Source: Octopus sinensis (taxonomy: Eukaryota). From it: a stretch of 64,000 nucleotides of DNA. Position 1 is the first letter of the stretch, and the number at the start of each line of letters is the position of its first letter. Shown piece after piece: positions 26,886-41,396 of this stretch. A model generated the notes under the pieces. That model searched no databases. It worked only from the letters and a program-made list of their open reading frames with translations, and was not told the origin of the DNA. A program made the position numbers and the translations under genes. Where the stretch lies: NCBI RefSeq assembly GCF_006345805.1, contig NC_043000.1:122016001-122080000 (forward strand). The letters run 5' to 3'.

Positions 26886-28199
26886 GCGATGCTCTTTCAC
26901 TCATGGCAGAGCTTCAAATTTACTGGAACTCAGAATGTTGGTGACGATAGGTAATTACGCTGTAGTATCTATAGTTTCTGTTTTGGGTCAATTCAACTAC
27001 TACACAAAATTTTTACATGCAATTAACGATTAGATATTTTTCAACCATAGACAATAAATAATTTTTGTAAATCTATAAACATATATAATAAAAATTAGAT
27101 ATAAAATATAATAGAGTTTGCGGAATGATCAAAATATAATAATCAGTGAAATATACATATTAAAATTTATATGACTCTTAAGAAGAAAATATTTATAATA
27201 TAATAGCTGCGATAGTTATAGAGAACTATATGAAATACATTATAATTTAATGTGATTCTACACGCAAGTGTAAACAAGGTAGCTTAGTACTTGTGAGCGG
27301 AAGGAGTCACGCAGCTACTCTAACTGCTCGTTTAATATTCATATTTTGGCTTTCGTGCTTAATGTAAAATGGCTGACAATTCATATGTGATAAGTCATTC
27401 ACATTCATCCATATTTCATTTTATAATTTTACAGTATGAAAATTCCCCTGAGTTTTACTTTACAATTCAACGTTTCGTGGTCTATAAAATAAGTACATGT
27501 TCAATACTGGGATCGATGTAATCGACTTTGTCATCCCTTAAAAGTGCTGGTTTTGTGCCTAAATAAAATTTATTATTATTTTATTGTATGAATAAGGTGG
27601 TGCAAAAACATGGACATGGTCGAATTACCGAACCAAATGAAAAGCAAAAATACATCTCCAAACCACTGTATTAAATCCAGAGTCAATACAGGCTGTAGTG
27701 TTTTCATAAAATGTGTTTCGATCTTAGACATTGCTTGCTTTGGGACAGAAACATCATGTTCATGGAGACTGTGGATATTTAGATAAGATAAAGAATGTCA
27801 ATGAAAAAAGACACAATTATGGAATTCGTTTCGTAATATTACGAACTATTAAGAAAGAAAAAACTCTACAATTCCTCGTGGGGCTTCAAAATATGCATTA
27901 CGACTTCCTATTCTTCTCATATATATATACATACATACACGTTTATCTTTTTTACTATTGGGAATGCAGTGTACGATTAACATAAATAAATGACAGAATC
28001 TTATTTGGTGAGAAACATATTAGACGCCCGCATTGTCCTCTGTAAAGCAATGACTCCACGTCTAGTAAGACAGAGCACTATAATGAACCTGTCTCACAGT
28101 GTTGCATAAAGTAGCTTATGTTATTTCCATTACATTATTAATACTTAATGCAGTTTGGAGGTTTCAGCACTTATTCTACTTTGAAGATGACCACAGACT

Positions 28200-28513
28200 G
28201 TGAGGAGGTTTGAGGACATTTATAAGGAAAGAGATATACATGCAGTCTTACAGTTGTTTAGACCAGTTTGCTCGAATAATGGAAATGCAACTACAATGTT
28301 TTATAGTTTATTCCTACTTTCATTCTCTTATTTCCCACTATATTCTCTTTCTCCTCCTTTTCCACAATTATTCCTTATTTCGAACTCAAACATTCACCTC
28401 TCTTTATCCATCTCAAATTTCCTCTGGTGAGGGGATAACCATAATCTGCCAGAAACAGCTGTAAGACGATATCTATATCTCTTTCCTTATAAATGTCCTT
28501 GAAAACTCCTCAC
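28200..28513. mobile_element. Decayed fold-back PLE-like remnant (arms about 28200-28259 and 28453-28513) with a degenerate hammerhead at 28421-28467
   Basis: A 26-nt perfect inverted match (AGGACATTTATAAGGAAAGAGATATA). The motif reads CCT CTGGTGA GGGGATAACCATAATCTGCCA GAAAC AGCT GTA AGA. Confidence 0.55.
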
Positions 28514-28704
28514 CGGCTTGGATTTGTTATTTCTTTGGTCCAATACATATATATATATATATATAAGCTTGCTACTACAAGACCCACATTAAAGTCACTC
28601 GTATCACTATCGAACAGAGAGTTTAACTACGGTCTCTCCATAGTACTTACTTAGCGTTACCTGCCAATCTTCGGATCTTCTATAAACCAATACCTGATAT
28701 ATAT

Positions 28705-28797
<93 letters not shown>

Positions 28798-28798
<1 letters not shown>

Positions 28799-29581
28799 TA
28801 GCAGCATAGCCCGGCGTTGCCCGGGTATGTAAGAGCCCCTAGTAGGCAACGACTAATCTCAATCTAGTCCTTTCCCTCTAAGGAACGAAGGCGCATGTGT
28901 AGGTTGCAATGTCTTCCCTTCACTCCCAAATAACTATCAAACAGCTATCGATAATTCAACCCAACCAATTCCTACCAGGAAGAAATTACATTCGAGTCTT
29001 TACCCCCAACACCGCCACTTCTGCTAATAGCTGCTGCAGTCGCAAGTTATTCGAATACTTATTTTGTTTACACTTTCTTTATAACTACCACTCCAAACGT
29101 TTTACCTAAAATTTTTGGCGTACCCTAAGGGTCCTCGGACGCTACTTGCAAACTCTTGGTTTATTATAAACCGCTTTTGTCGTGTGCACAAAAAACCTTT
29201 TCCATTCGTTTGTTCAGTTTGGTCACTTTTGACTTTTTCGTTGTTGTCACTCACATTGCTGCCCGCTTTTTTGCCATTTTTGTACATTGTTATACATTTT
29301 GGGATACTTACCCCACGTATTCCGAGAGTTAAAAAGGTCAAGTTGCGTCCCCTAGACAGTCTATAGAAAATGTGTTGCATATAAAAAGCTTAGATTCTCG
29401 ACCCATGTCAAATTTATCGATTTTTTTTCAGAACTGGGGAAACTTTTCAAAATATTCGCTGCATTAGTTTTGAATTATGACATTGGGCTATGTGTGTGTC
29501 AGGTTTCATCAGAATCGGTTGAAAGCCGTGGTCAGGGTGAGGGTACAACCTGACAGACACACAGACAGACAAACTGCCGTT

Positions 29582-29590
<9 letters not shown>
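28798..29590 (-). mobile_element. Non-autonomous Helitron-like element
   Basis: The minus-strand 3' end is CCCGGGCAACGCCGGG (GC hairpin, 28810-28825) followed by ...CTAG|T. The other end has (TGTC)n and runs into (TA)n. The 5' TC is not resolvable. Confidence 0.7.
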
Positions 29591-29650
<60 letters not shown>

Positions 29651-29985
29651 CATATATATATATTTATGTATGTATGTTTTCGAAAATTATTTTTATCTGT
29701 ACATATATATATCCCCCTCCCATTACCGAAAGCTGAACAGTTATTTCCCTTACCCACAACAATAACAACAATAACGATAACCAATTATCTCCCCTTATTT
29801 TTCCACTTGTGATGTCATTCACTCGTAAATATCATCACACACAACATGGTCAAAACTTCTTAAGAAAAATTATATATTCAAATAAGTAAAACATAATATC
29901 ATGAAAAGCGATAGCGAAACCGGTCGATATATTAAAAATTAGTTTTAAACTATGTAAGTGTGTGTATTTTCCTTTTTTGATTTCT

Positions 29986-30034
<49 letters not shown>

Positions 30035-32770
30035 ATATATAAATTGTAAATGTGTGTGTTTCTCTCTTGTCCCCACCACATCTTAATAACTGGTATTAGT
30101 CTATTTACATCCCGGTAACTTAAAAAATAATTCACATGCAATTATTCGTAACGACGTTGATTCGTTCGACTTAAAATTCTTCAAGGCGGTACCCCTACAT
30201 GGCCACATTCAAATGAAAGATATTTTTGCACATTGTACATGTATGAGCAACGGATTTGTAATATAACGTGTCGCGAGTCAGAAAAAGAAAAAAACAATAT
30301 TTAAATCTCTCCGTTAAAACGAAAATGTTATACAATGCAGTTTTAATTAAGCACCATTTCTCCAAAAGATAAGTGGTGACGGATCCAATGTTTTCGACAT
30401 CTAGTTCTTCAAAGAAAACGGAGTGGAGCTGTGCTTATTAAATACAAGAAGAACGTAATTTTAAACATGTTGGTTTGGGGATTGAACAATAACATGATTA
30501 AAACTGAATAATATGGACAGTATTTTATCATATTTAATGTACATTTTCGATTTCACTGTAATGCAGTTCGATTTTGGCAAGAAATATTGCCAATCGAATT
30601 TACCTTGTTAATGAACTGCTTGGTATCACAACTACATCACGATCACAACGATAAGGTTTTGTGCAAGTTAATTGATGCTTAAGTATTGTTTTCTATCTGT
30701 AATGTACGTCAATTTGTTTGACTGAAATGTTCGTATTTAAGAAGAACAGAAATAACATGCTGATATTGCATCGTTTGCTAAGATGATCTGATTTAATATT
30801 AATATAATCAAAATTATGGACACTATTTTAGCACATTTATCATGCTTCCATGCTTATGCACAATCGATCCCAGACTCATAAGTGAATGCCAAACAAACAT
30901 TCATCTATTTAACTGTTGTGCTACTACTGCTGTTGCTTTCAGTGATTACATAATATCCCTTGTATTATAGTTAGATAAATTTTGACAATATATTTGCTTC
31001 AGCTGGGGTTATGGCTCAGCTCCAGTGATACGATGCAAGTGGCTGACCTTTGAATTGCTGGATGCACAGTTCCTTATGAAATTATTTATAGATGACAGCA
31101 GGTATTATGAACTTCGTACCGAAGAATGCAGTAAAGCGATAATTATTCTAAGTATCATATTTATTTGCATTCAAAGATAATGGATGTTGCTGTGAACATG
31201 GTCAAATATCGGCATAACTATTAAGTAATATCTGGATTAGTGGAAATATAGATTCCTTGCGGACATTTTGTGCATAATAGGAATTTTTGAACGCACAGGC
31301 CATTTGTGCCTGTGTTTTTCTTTCACAAAAAGTGTAGGAATATGACTGACAAATGTATATTAAAACCGTATTGTAGTAACATCCTTAGTATCTTTCTCTC
31401 TGTTTATTCATTTCTGTAAAACATTTCCTCTTTCTATTTCACTTCAGCAACGAATGCACAAAACATATTATTAATTACATTTGTCATATCCCTTTTAAGT
31501 CAGTGTTAAATTATTGTATTTTGTCAATAAGTCTTCGATGACTTTTCTCACAGTTTCGAATTGAATTTCCAACAAATGTAATATATTTTCTTATAGATTT
31601 TTCACTTCTATTTTATGTAAAGCTCTATGTGTTGTTGTGTTATGTTCTTTTAAGTTTCCAAATCAAATATCTTTGATGTTTTCTGATGTCTAATTTTCTC
31701 TAGAATACTCATGGCGCTGATATTGTTTATGACACCAGGCATATAATTACAGCATTCATATTATTCACATTTGCAGTCTGAAGATGTGTAGACGTATTCC
31801 AGTCTCTAATTTGAATATAACCTTTACTAATTTAATGAAATATTTTTTGGAGGGGAGCAGTAGATATTTCTAAGGTCGTTATAATAGTAATCTTTGTTTT
31901 GTTTTCTAATGAGCGCTACGTGTGCGTACACATTTCAATATGCGATAACATTCTTTAGTAGACGGTACAGCATTAAATCCATTCATGCTGTATTCTTTTA
32001 AGATGAAATACATTTTCTTTAAAATGTAATATATTAAGTAAATGATATATACACGTGTGTATTTGCATGTATGTGTGTGTCCATGTCTATCTGTGAGTGC
32101 ATGTATGTGCGTGTGAAAGAAAGAAACAAACACAGAAACAAATAAACAAAGGAAGAAAGAGAGATAGAAAGAAAGAAGGAAAAAAAGAAGAGAAGGAAGA
32201 AAGCTAGCAAAGAAAGAAAGATAAACTATAGAAAAATATTTTACGAAAGACTTCATTGGAGTCATTAGTTACTGAAAAGGAATCAGTATCAAGTTACAGA
32301 TTATCTGGAAATAAAAATTCGGAAATACATATATATTTTTTTAATTTAGAGAATATGTATGGTTGAATGTAGGCTATAGACCATACAACTGTACATCGTA
32401 CAGGAATGAACGTGTACATCTCATCTATCAAGAAATATACGTCACATGTCTCATAACATGTATGATACATTAAATATATCCTCTCTGTCTTAAATAGTAA
32501 TTGTCTTAAATAGTAAGTCATCGGTATTGCTATAGAAAAATTCATACAATTGCTTATAGAATATAAGTTGGTAGAGAGCTATGTAGATGAAGCAGCTCTT
32601 AACGAAGTAATATATTGCATATCAGGGGGATATGGCGAAAGGATGAGAATTATAAAACGTATACAAATATACGAATATTAGAGGACAAACCAATGATTCA
32701 TCAGCAATTTCAACATCGAGAGTAAACGATATCAAATATTTACATTCATAACTGTCTATCGCTTTGGCTT

Positions 32771-33056
32771 GTGGAGGCACAAGGCCTAGTGGCTAGAGCA
32801 GCGGACATGTGGTCGAGGGATCGCGGGTTTGAATCTCGGACCGGGCGATGTGTGTGTCTATGAGCGAAAAAGCTAAGCTCCACGCAGCTCCGGCAGAAGG
32901 AAATCGCGAACTTCTGTTGACTCTTTTGCCACAACTTTCTCTCACCCTTTCCTCCTGCATCTTGCAGCTCACCTGCGATGGCCCGGCGGAACCTATACAC
33001 CACGGAAACCGGGAAACCGGCCCATTATGAGCCAGGCGTGGCTCGAGAAAGAACAT
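32771..33056 (+). mobile_element. tRNA-derived SINE family B
   Basis: GTGGAGGCACAAGGCCTAGTGGCTAGAGCAGCGGAC...GGTTTGAATCTC head. Confidence 0.85.
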
Positions 33057-35030
33057 TCGATCGCTTTGGTTTCGATATTTATATAGTAAAACGCCTGCTT
33101 CTGAGCCAAGCGAAAATTTCCTAAAATTTCAAAGGTTAAATGAAGTTTTGACATTGACCACTCGAACATAAACACTTCCAAATGCTGATTCTCTCACCAC
33201 AGTATGTATTATTTGCGAAATTGAAGTAATCTATCTACATATGCTCATATGACATATTTCTGTTTATACTTTCCTCTCCAATATTCTCATAATTATTGTT
33301 ATTAGCATGGGTATATAATTGTGCATATATACGTTTAGTTATTTACACACACACACACACACCACACACACACACACACACAGACGCACGCACACACACA
33401 CACACATGTAATTATGTATGTGAGTGTATAGTGTGCCTGCATCGTTCTTCACCAAGTAAATTCATATGCATACATATACACATATACATACAGGCACAAA
33501 CACATACACACGCACGTAGAGACAGACACACAGATAGATGGGTAGAGCCACGAAAAAGTATTAAAGAATTGTTGTTCCTGGTAATATTCGACCGACATAC
33601 CCGAAGAAAGCTTGCTCTAAGCACCAATAAAAGTGTCATACAGACTCCCCAGGATTCTTAGACGTACATTTGAGAATAATACTTACAAATACTCCAGGAA
33701 TATGTACTACGTTGCACGGATGGTAATTCATATAGCAATAACATACATAAATAAAAAAAAAATTTCATTATTGCCTTTATAAAGAAACGCTTCACAGCTC
33801 TTCGCACGAAATATAAACTTTGCGACATTACTTAAAAAATCTGAAAACATTTGCTGAAGATTAGATACATTAAAGAGATCAAAATCGACAGAAAATACAT
33901 ATCTTGCCATTGACGATATTAACAAAGAAATAATTCAGGAAGCAGTCATGCTTTCTGAACATCCAACTTCATATTATTTCAGATTTAGTTTGGACGCAGT
34001 TACCTAACATCATCAATATCGACAAAATTAACAACACACCCAATGCTTCACTATAATTATAGTATTTTAAATATTATACCGACCATGAAATGCTAAGGAT
34101 ATGCTTTTATTAGTATCGTCTTGAAAATAACTGGCAATAGAGTCACGCAAAAATGATATGAATACAAAATTTAACTGTGGACGTATCTCAGTTAGTTCTG
34201 CCCCGTTTCTGCAACTCCCAACCGAAGTGATGAAATCTGAAATTTCAAAAGCCTTACTGAAACACAATGTCGAAAGCATGCTTTTCAAATTCATTGAGCT
34301 TCACGGACAGATTCACTACGCTGACAAAACACCTACATCGTTTCACACCAACTTTATCAAATATTTAGAATCCAGACGTTTGTCCCAATTATAAAAGTTA
34401 TAAAGCTTTTCTGACCCAGCAACGCAACATATGTAAATTTGCATCGTACCGACAATCCAGGTCGTATTCACAGCATCAAATCGTTAAGGATGGCTGAGGT
34501 AGAGTAATATGCTTTATTAATAAATCCTATCATCATCCTTGCCAAAACTGGCCTTGCGAAAACTAACATTGGTTATAGTAGTCATCTCAATGCCATCAAT
34601 CTTTCTAACTACTTGAAATATCACCTGCGATAACCAGACATTTACAACGCGACAGGATCTAATATAGCATCCTATAAACAATAGCTTTCCCCTCTCAGCG
34701 CTTACAAGTATAAGGAACAGATTCACTATGTCTGTGTACACGTTGCAGATGTGTCACAGAATTTAGTTATCTTAAGAAATAACTTAAAATGATTAGAAAA
34801 TTCAATAAGTTTCGCACAAGTGTAAGTGGCTATAATGACCCTTCCACGACGTATTCGCTCCAAACCAGACACATCACATATGAAGATCAAATCATATACA
34901 AGACAAGAACCACGAAATGTATTATATCTTTAAAAATGCTTCTATTCGTTACAAAATATATTTAGATTTTACAATTATTTCATCTTTACCATTAAATAAT
35001 AAGTTGTTTTATCAAGTCAATCGCAATATA

Positions 35031-35444
35031 TATTTTTCTTTATTGCCCACAGAGGGCTAAATATAGAAGGGACAAACAAGGACAGACAAAGGGATTGAGT
35101 CGATTACATCGACCCCAGTGTGTAACTGGTAATTATTTAATCGACCCCGAGAGGATGAAAGGCAAAGTCGACATCGGCGGAATTTGAACTCAGAACGTAA
35201 TGGCAGACGATATACATATTTCTTTACTACCCACAAGGGGCTAAACATAGAGGGGACAAACAAGGATAGACAAACGGATTAAGTCAATTACATCGACTCC
35301 AGTGAGTAGCTGGTACTTATTTAATCGACCCCGAAAGGATGAAAAGCAAAGTCGACCTCGGCGGAATATGAACTCAGAAGGTAGCGGCAGACAAAATACC
35401 GCATTTCGCCTGGTATTCTAACGATTCTGCCAGCTCGCCGCCCT
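35031..35444 (-). mobile_element. SINE family A dimer
   Basis: Two tandem monomers with the junction near 35208-35220 and an imperfect 13-bp TSD (CAATCGCAATATA / CAACCACAATATA). Confidence 0.85.
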
Positions 35445-36283
35445 TCAACCACAATATAATACTTTTGGAATATACATATAAAGAATGGTTGCACAGTTTG
35501 AATGACTGATTGTCATTAATATTTCAGTAAGTGTTTCAGGAGATAATGAAATTGATTGTACAGTAAAATAGGTCAGGAATATCGATTTTGTTAAGAAAAT
35601 TACTTTATCTTCATTTCTTACTTCATTACTTAATTAGCATTAAACCATTTTCCAATGTTAACTAATGTCAACATTATTGCACTGATAGTTACACTCCTCT
35701 AAAAGTAGTTTCATTAGAGGGAACCCACAATATACAGTGACGTATATTTTAAAAATGTGAGATCAGATCTTGATACAAAAAAACCCCAGAAAAACCTGGA
35801 GAAAGATTTGAAATTAGCTAAGTGAAGTTTCAATATCTACTGATAGAGAATGAATTGAACGACACAACTTGGGATTTACATGGTTACAAGAAATAGCTCT
35901 TCATTTTTATACCTATCAGCCGATTTAAACATATAGGATAATATAACCGTCTAAATCATCATGCCTTATGCAATAAATACATAGCAAAACAAAACGAAAC
36001 ATACATGCGTAGATGTACACATGCATATATAAATGTGTGCGTGAGAATATATATATATATTTATATATATATATATATTCATCATAGTAGATCTTCCATC
36101 ATACCAGCCAAAATATTTAGCCGTCGGTTTTTTTCGTTCTGTGTTCATATCCCACCGAGGTTGCCGTTACTTTCATTATTTCGGTGACGAGAAAATAAGG
36201 ACAAGTGGCATATTGGTATCGACGTAATCAACTTAATCCCACCTACCCGCTTGTGCCAACATTTCAAACCAAAATGTTGAGTC

Positions 36284-36411
36284 GTGGGAGTGGCTGTGTG
36301 GCATGTAGCCTGCTTACGAACCACATGGGCAAGTGTCTTTCACTATAGCCTCGGGCCGACCAAAGCCTTGTGAGTGGATTTGGTAGACGGAAATGAAAGA
36401 AGCCCGTCGTA

Positions 36412-36480
<69 letters not shown>

Positions 36481-36666
36481 GTGTGTGTGTGTGTGTGTGT
36501 GTGGTGTGTGTGTGTGTGTTGTTTGTTTGTGTATCTATGTTTGTTCCCCCAACATAAGTACTAGGCTTACAAAGAATGAGTCCTGGGGTCGATTTGCTCG
36601 ACTAAAGTTGGTGCCCCAGCATGGCTTCAGTCACATTACTGAAACAAGTAGAAGAATAAAAGAGTA
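36284..36666 (+). mobile_element. tRNA-derived SINE family C with internal (TA)/(TG) microsatellite
   Basis: GGAGTGGCTGTGTGG...GCCTCGGGCCGACCAAAGCCTTGTGAGTGGATTTGGTAGACGGAAA...CCCCAGCATGGC...CTGAAACAAGTA. Confidence 0.85.
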
Positions 36667-37281
36667 AAAGAGCTACACATCTGCGTCTTTATTATGAAAA
36701 CAAGTGGGAATATCGAACAGAAAAAATTGTCTAGTAAGTAATAATTACTTAAAATTAATGAATAATTAACTGCAATTTAATAAATAAATTTCTCTTTAGA
36801 TATTCTATTCACTAAATAGAACATCAGAGTTTAGATATTAGATATTAGACATTTGATATTAATGAAAAGAACTGTTAACTGAATTTTAGTAATTTTTATT
36901 TTCGGAAGAGAACATAAATAATCAAATGCAACTGAAATTAAAAAAATTAATCCCCTACCTTACATTGCCACGCGGGAAATGATATTCAAAAGAGGAAACA
37001 TTTCCAAGCAAATTTGAATTTGAATAAAGAAGAAATATATGAGAAAGAAATCACAGGCAATGGTTTATCTTCCCTGCCTTCAATCCTTTTCTTTCTCCGT
37101 CTCACTCTCTCTTCATCTGTATAAACACAAGCACAAGCGCGTATACGTACACAGGAGCAAGTATGTATTAATATATAGAAACTTCACAAAGTATGCGTAT
37201 GTGCCAGTATGCATATATTTATATATATATAATGTGTGTGTGTGTGTCTGTAAGTTTGTGACTGTGTGCGCGCGCTTACTG

Positions 37282-37306
<25 letters not shown>

Positions 37307-37315
<9 letters not shown>

Positions 37316-37682
37316 ATTGGTGAATTGAAGAAATGGAGCTGAACGCAGATTGAACAGAAATCGTTTTATTTCATTCTACACGTGTTTCGAAAGGCACAAA
37401 TTACCAAAATCCGATTGAATAATGGGACCATATTGTGTCTTTCTCCGCCTCTGTTCTGTTTTTCCAACGGATTTCCTTTTTTCTTCCTGAAGAGAAAGAC
37501 ACAGCTCCATTTCTTCAATTCACCAATAATGTTTTAATTTCAATTATCCGCACCAACGCACGGTTGCAACGCCAGATGGTTGTACTTCCAACCGTGCTGT
37601 TTACTGCTGTGATTTTTGCTACTAAGGTATCGGTTAAACTTTTGATTAATCTACTACAAGATTATTCATCTTTCTATTTCAC

Positions 37683-37687
<5 letters not shown>
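37307..37687. mobile_element. 381-bp rearranged mini-copy of the 45.6-49.6 kb Penelope-like element terminus
   Basis: 37307-37445 matches 45772-45910. 37443-37503 matches about 49388-49455. 37502-37687 is the reverse complement of about 45621-45805. (TA)n on both sides. Confidence 0.9.
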
Positions 37688-37733
<46 letters not shown>

Positions 37734-37982
37734 ATACATATATAATGTTGCTTTCTGTATATCTCAATATTTTCGGACCTTTTGATTATTTCTTCGAATC
37801 CTCCATTTTTTTTTTTTTTGCATTTCTGCATCTCCTAGTCACATATCCATACATATTCGTTTTACACCCTAGATTTTACATATATTCATATTCTCTCTAT
37901 TGATATTCGGCTTTTCCTTATAATCACTAGTTATGAAATAAGCCTATTCTATGTACATACATATACAAACACACATGTATAT

Positions 37983-38018
<36 letters not shown>

Positions 38019-39367
38019 CCCGCACAAACACAGACACACATACACACACACACATATATATATATTGTTGGGGAGGGTGTTTTGTGCAGTAGGACACGCA
38101 GAAAACATGCTACCTAGATATTCATACTCGGAATATAATTCCCCAGACATTGTATCCCAGATTCACTACTATGTGGCTTTGTTCCTTCAACGAGGCACAA
38201 TTCTCTGTTTTTTAATATGTTTCGTTGATCTGGAATCCTATTACGTAATGATGGGATCGTTTACACTGATCACCATACACATGTCTGAAAATTCTATAAG
38301 TATTCATTGAGCTTTTATAATTAAAAAAATAAGAAGAACGGAGTAAACAAGTAATTTAAATACTTCAAGTTGCAGTGTTTCCATCTTAGTTTAATACAAC
38401 CAATCTTGCAACATTATGTAATGATACATGCAACTATTGATTACGTTCTATGTGCCATTTGTTTTAATCTTAAAACCAGACGCCGGATAAGATTGTTCAG
38501 AATTATGAATAAAATAATATTTGCGTATAGCAAATCTGAAGAATTTCATCCAGCATGTTATATTAAGTTTAAACTGAACGTCGAAGGGACAAAAATCAGT
38601 ATTTGCACGCATTATTACATAATGCTACGGTAGTGAGTGTACTAAAGTATGAAGAAACCATTGTAAATTGAAGTATTGAAATTAGTTGCTCTCAACATCA
38701 TCTTGTTTCTTATCATACACAGAAACAAGGACACACACACATACAAACACACCCACACACACACATGCACTCGCACGCACACATGTACACGCACGCATAC
38801 ACACCGATATATGTCGGACGGCATAATTGCCACACCTCCTGGCAATACATATTACAAATTTATTAAATATGCCTGTGTATGGAAATTAATTAATATTTCT
38901 AAGGTATATTAAGCCACATTTTTTTTCTTTATATGAAATTCTTAGTCACTTGATGATTCGATATGCGGAATTGTTCGATATCGTTAAATTTTTGTGATGT
39001 GGTAAATGAAAAGTAGTAACACGTTTGCCGTTGTAACGTTGCCTTTGTTCTAGATGCATGTCATGTATGTAACACGAATTAAAATATACTAGAATACAGA
39101 AGTTGTGGGTATTATTGGTGCGTGGTTCTCTATTAATTTTGACATTCGCAGAGTATATATTAAATTATATTTATCTGATATATATTTCCTGATGTTCACC
39201 CCTTCCAGTGTACATCTGCATATAATATGCGTATAAATACATACATATATATATGTATGTATGTATATATACATATATATATATATATGTATATATATAT
39301 ACATATATATATATAAGTATATATGTATATATGCATATATAAATACATACATATATAAATATATAAG

Positions 39368-39421
<54 letters not shown>

Positions 39422-39739
39422 CAATTTATATGCATATATATATGATAGTCTACATTTAAACACAAGAGTAAACTACAATTAATAGGTCATTTTTACACAC
39501 TAGAAGAAGCAGTCAAAACGACCCAAACCATATTTTAAGAGCAATTTTCGAAGGCAATGAAAAATATAAACTTTCACCTTGTTATTATTATTGTTTTACC
39601 TATTAAACGTAGTTTTCTCTTGTGTTTAATTGTACACTATTTTATATTGAGTATTTGTTGTCTTTTCACTTTTTATACATGCTAGGCCACTGGTGGTGAA
39701 ATTTCTAAAAATATTTACTACCCTATATAATTTTATAAA

Positions 39740-39773
<34 letters not shown>

Positions 39774-40027
39774 ATAAATTAGAGATAAAAACACTATTAT
39801 ACAATTCAAACAATGATAGACATAAACCAACACATAAATAACAAATAAATTATATTTTTATAAAACATATAACTAGATCACAAACGGTATAAAAAAGAAT
39901 AACCAATATATAATAAGTAAAAATAATAATATAAACAAAACATTTGTGCAATTCATTCGCAGTAGCTGGACAGTCATACTACATTTTCAACAGAGCTCAC
40001 CATATACATATTAAATATATATGTATA

Positions 40028-40105
<78 letters not shown>

Positions 40106-40135
40106 TGTATGTATGTATGTATGTATGTATATAAA

Positions 40136-40320
40136 TGAGGGTGAAAAATTTGATATTAATTTAATAATACCATAAATCTAACACCAAGTGGCTTAGCAGA
40201 TAAAAGCCAGGGATACAATACAAATTTATATATAAATATGAGAGAGTAACCACTATGTGGTCGACTCTAGTGCTAAAAATAAATCCGCTATAGTGGCTAT
40301 ACCATAGCGGATCTATTTTT
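40136..40320. repeat. Interspersed repeat also present at 55335-55500 and 55834-55985
   Basis: AAATGAGGGTGAAAAATT.GATATTAATTTAATAATACC...CTCTAGTGCTA is shared by three loci. Confidence 0.75.
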
Positions 40321-40331
40321 ATGTATGTATG

Positions 40332-40446
<115 letters not shown>

Positions 40447-40793
40447 GATATATATTATTATATATATTTCATATGCATATGGTGAACTCTGTCGAAAATG
40501 AAGTATGACCGTTCAGCTTCTGCGAATGACCTGTACAAATGTCTTGTTTATATTACTTAAATGTATCTGCTGTATAGAAGCTTACTCACTTCATCAAATC
40601 GACGTTGCATGGTGTTGCATGCATCAGGTGTCGGTCTCAGCGCAGAACAATGTGACGCAAAGTGTTTTTCTTAAGAACACAACGCACCACCAGGGCTAAG
40701 AATTAAAAGCAGGATCTCGCGAGCGCGAGCGCAATACCCTAATCACGATGGCACGCTTCCACACACACACACACTAATACGTATACATACATA

Positions 40794-40936
40794 TAGAAGA
40801 GGCTGTGTGATAAGTAGCTTGCTTATCAACCATATGGTTCCGGTTTCAGTCTCATTGCGTGGCACCTTGGCCGACTGTCATCTACTGTATAATCTCGGAG
40901 CGACCAAAGCCTTGTGAGTAGATTTGGTAAACGGAA

Positions 40937-40988
<52 letters not shown>

Positions 40989-41218
40989 GTGCGTGTATGT
41001 TTGTGTGTCTGTATCTGTCTGCCCCGTATCATTTGATACCCGATGCTGGTATGTTTATGTCCCCGTAGCTTAGTGATCTGGCAAAATACACCAATAGAAT
41101 AAGGACGAGGCTTGAAAAGAATAAGTCTTGGGGTCTATTTGTTCGACTAAAGGCGCTGGTTCAGCATGGCCGCAGTTAAATGATTGAAGCAAATAATGAA
41201 ATAAAATAAAAGAATGTA
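40794..41218 (+). mobile_element. SINE family C
   Basis: Colinear with the 56746 copy. Confidence 0.8.
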
Positions 41219-41362
41219 AATATATATGTGTGTGTGTATGTATATGTATGTACGTATGTATGTATGTACGTAAGTATGCATGTATGTATATATATATATA
41301 TGTATGTTTGTATGTATGCATGTTTGTATACATGTATATACGTACGTATGTATGCATGTATG

Positions 41363-41396
<34 letters not shown>

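Noticed and set aside
34067-34741. Non-repetitive 74-78 aa ORFs
   Set aside because: No recognisable motif and no consistent splice boundaries.
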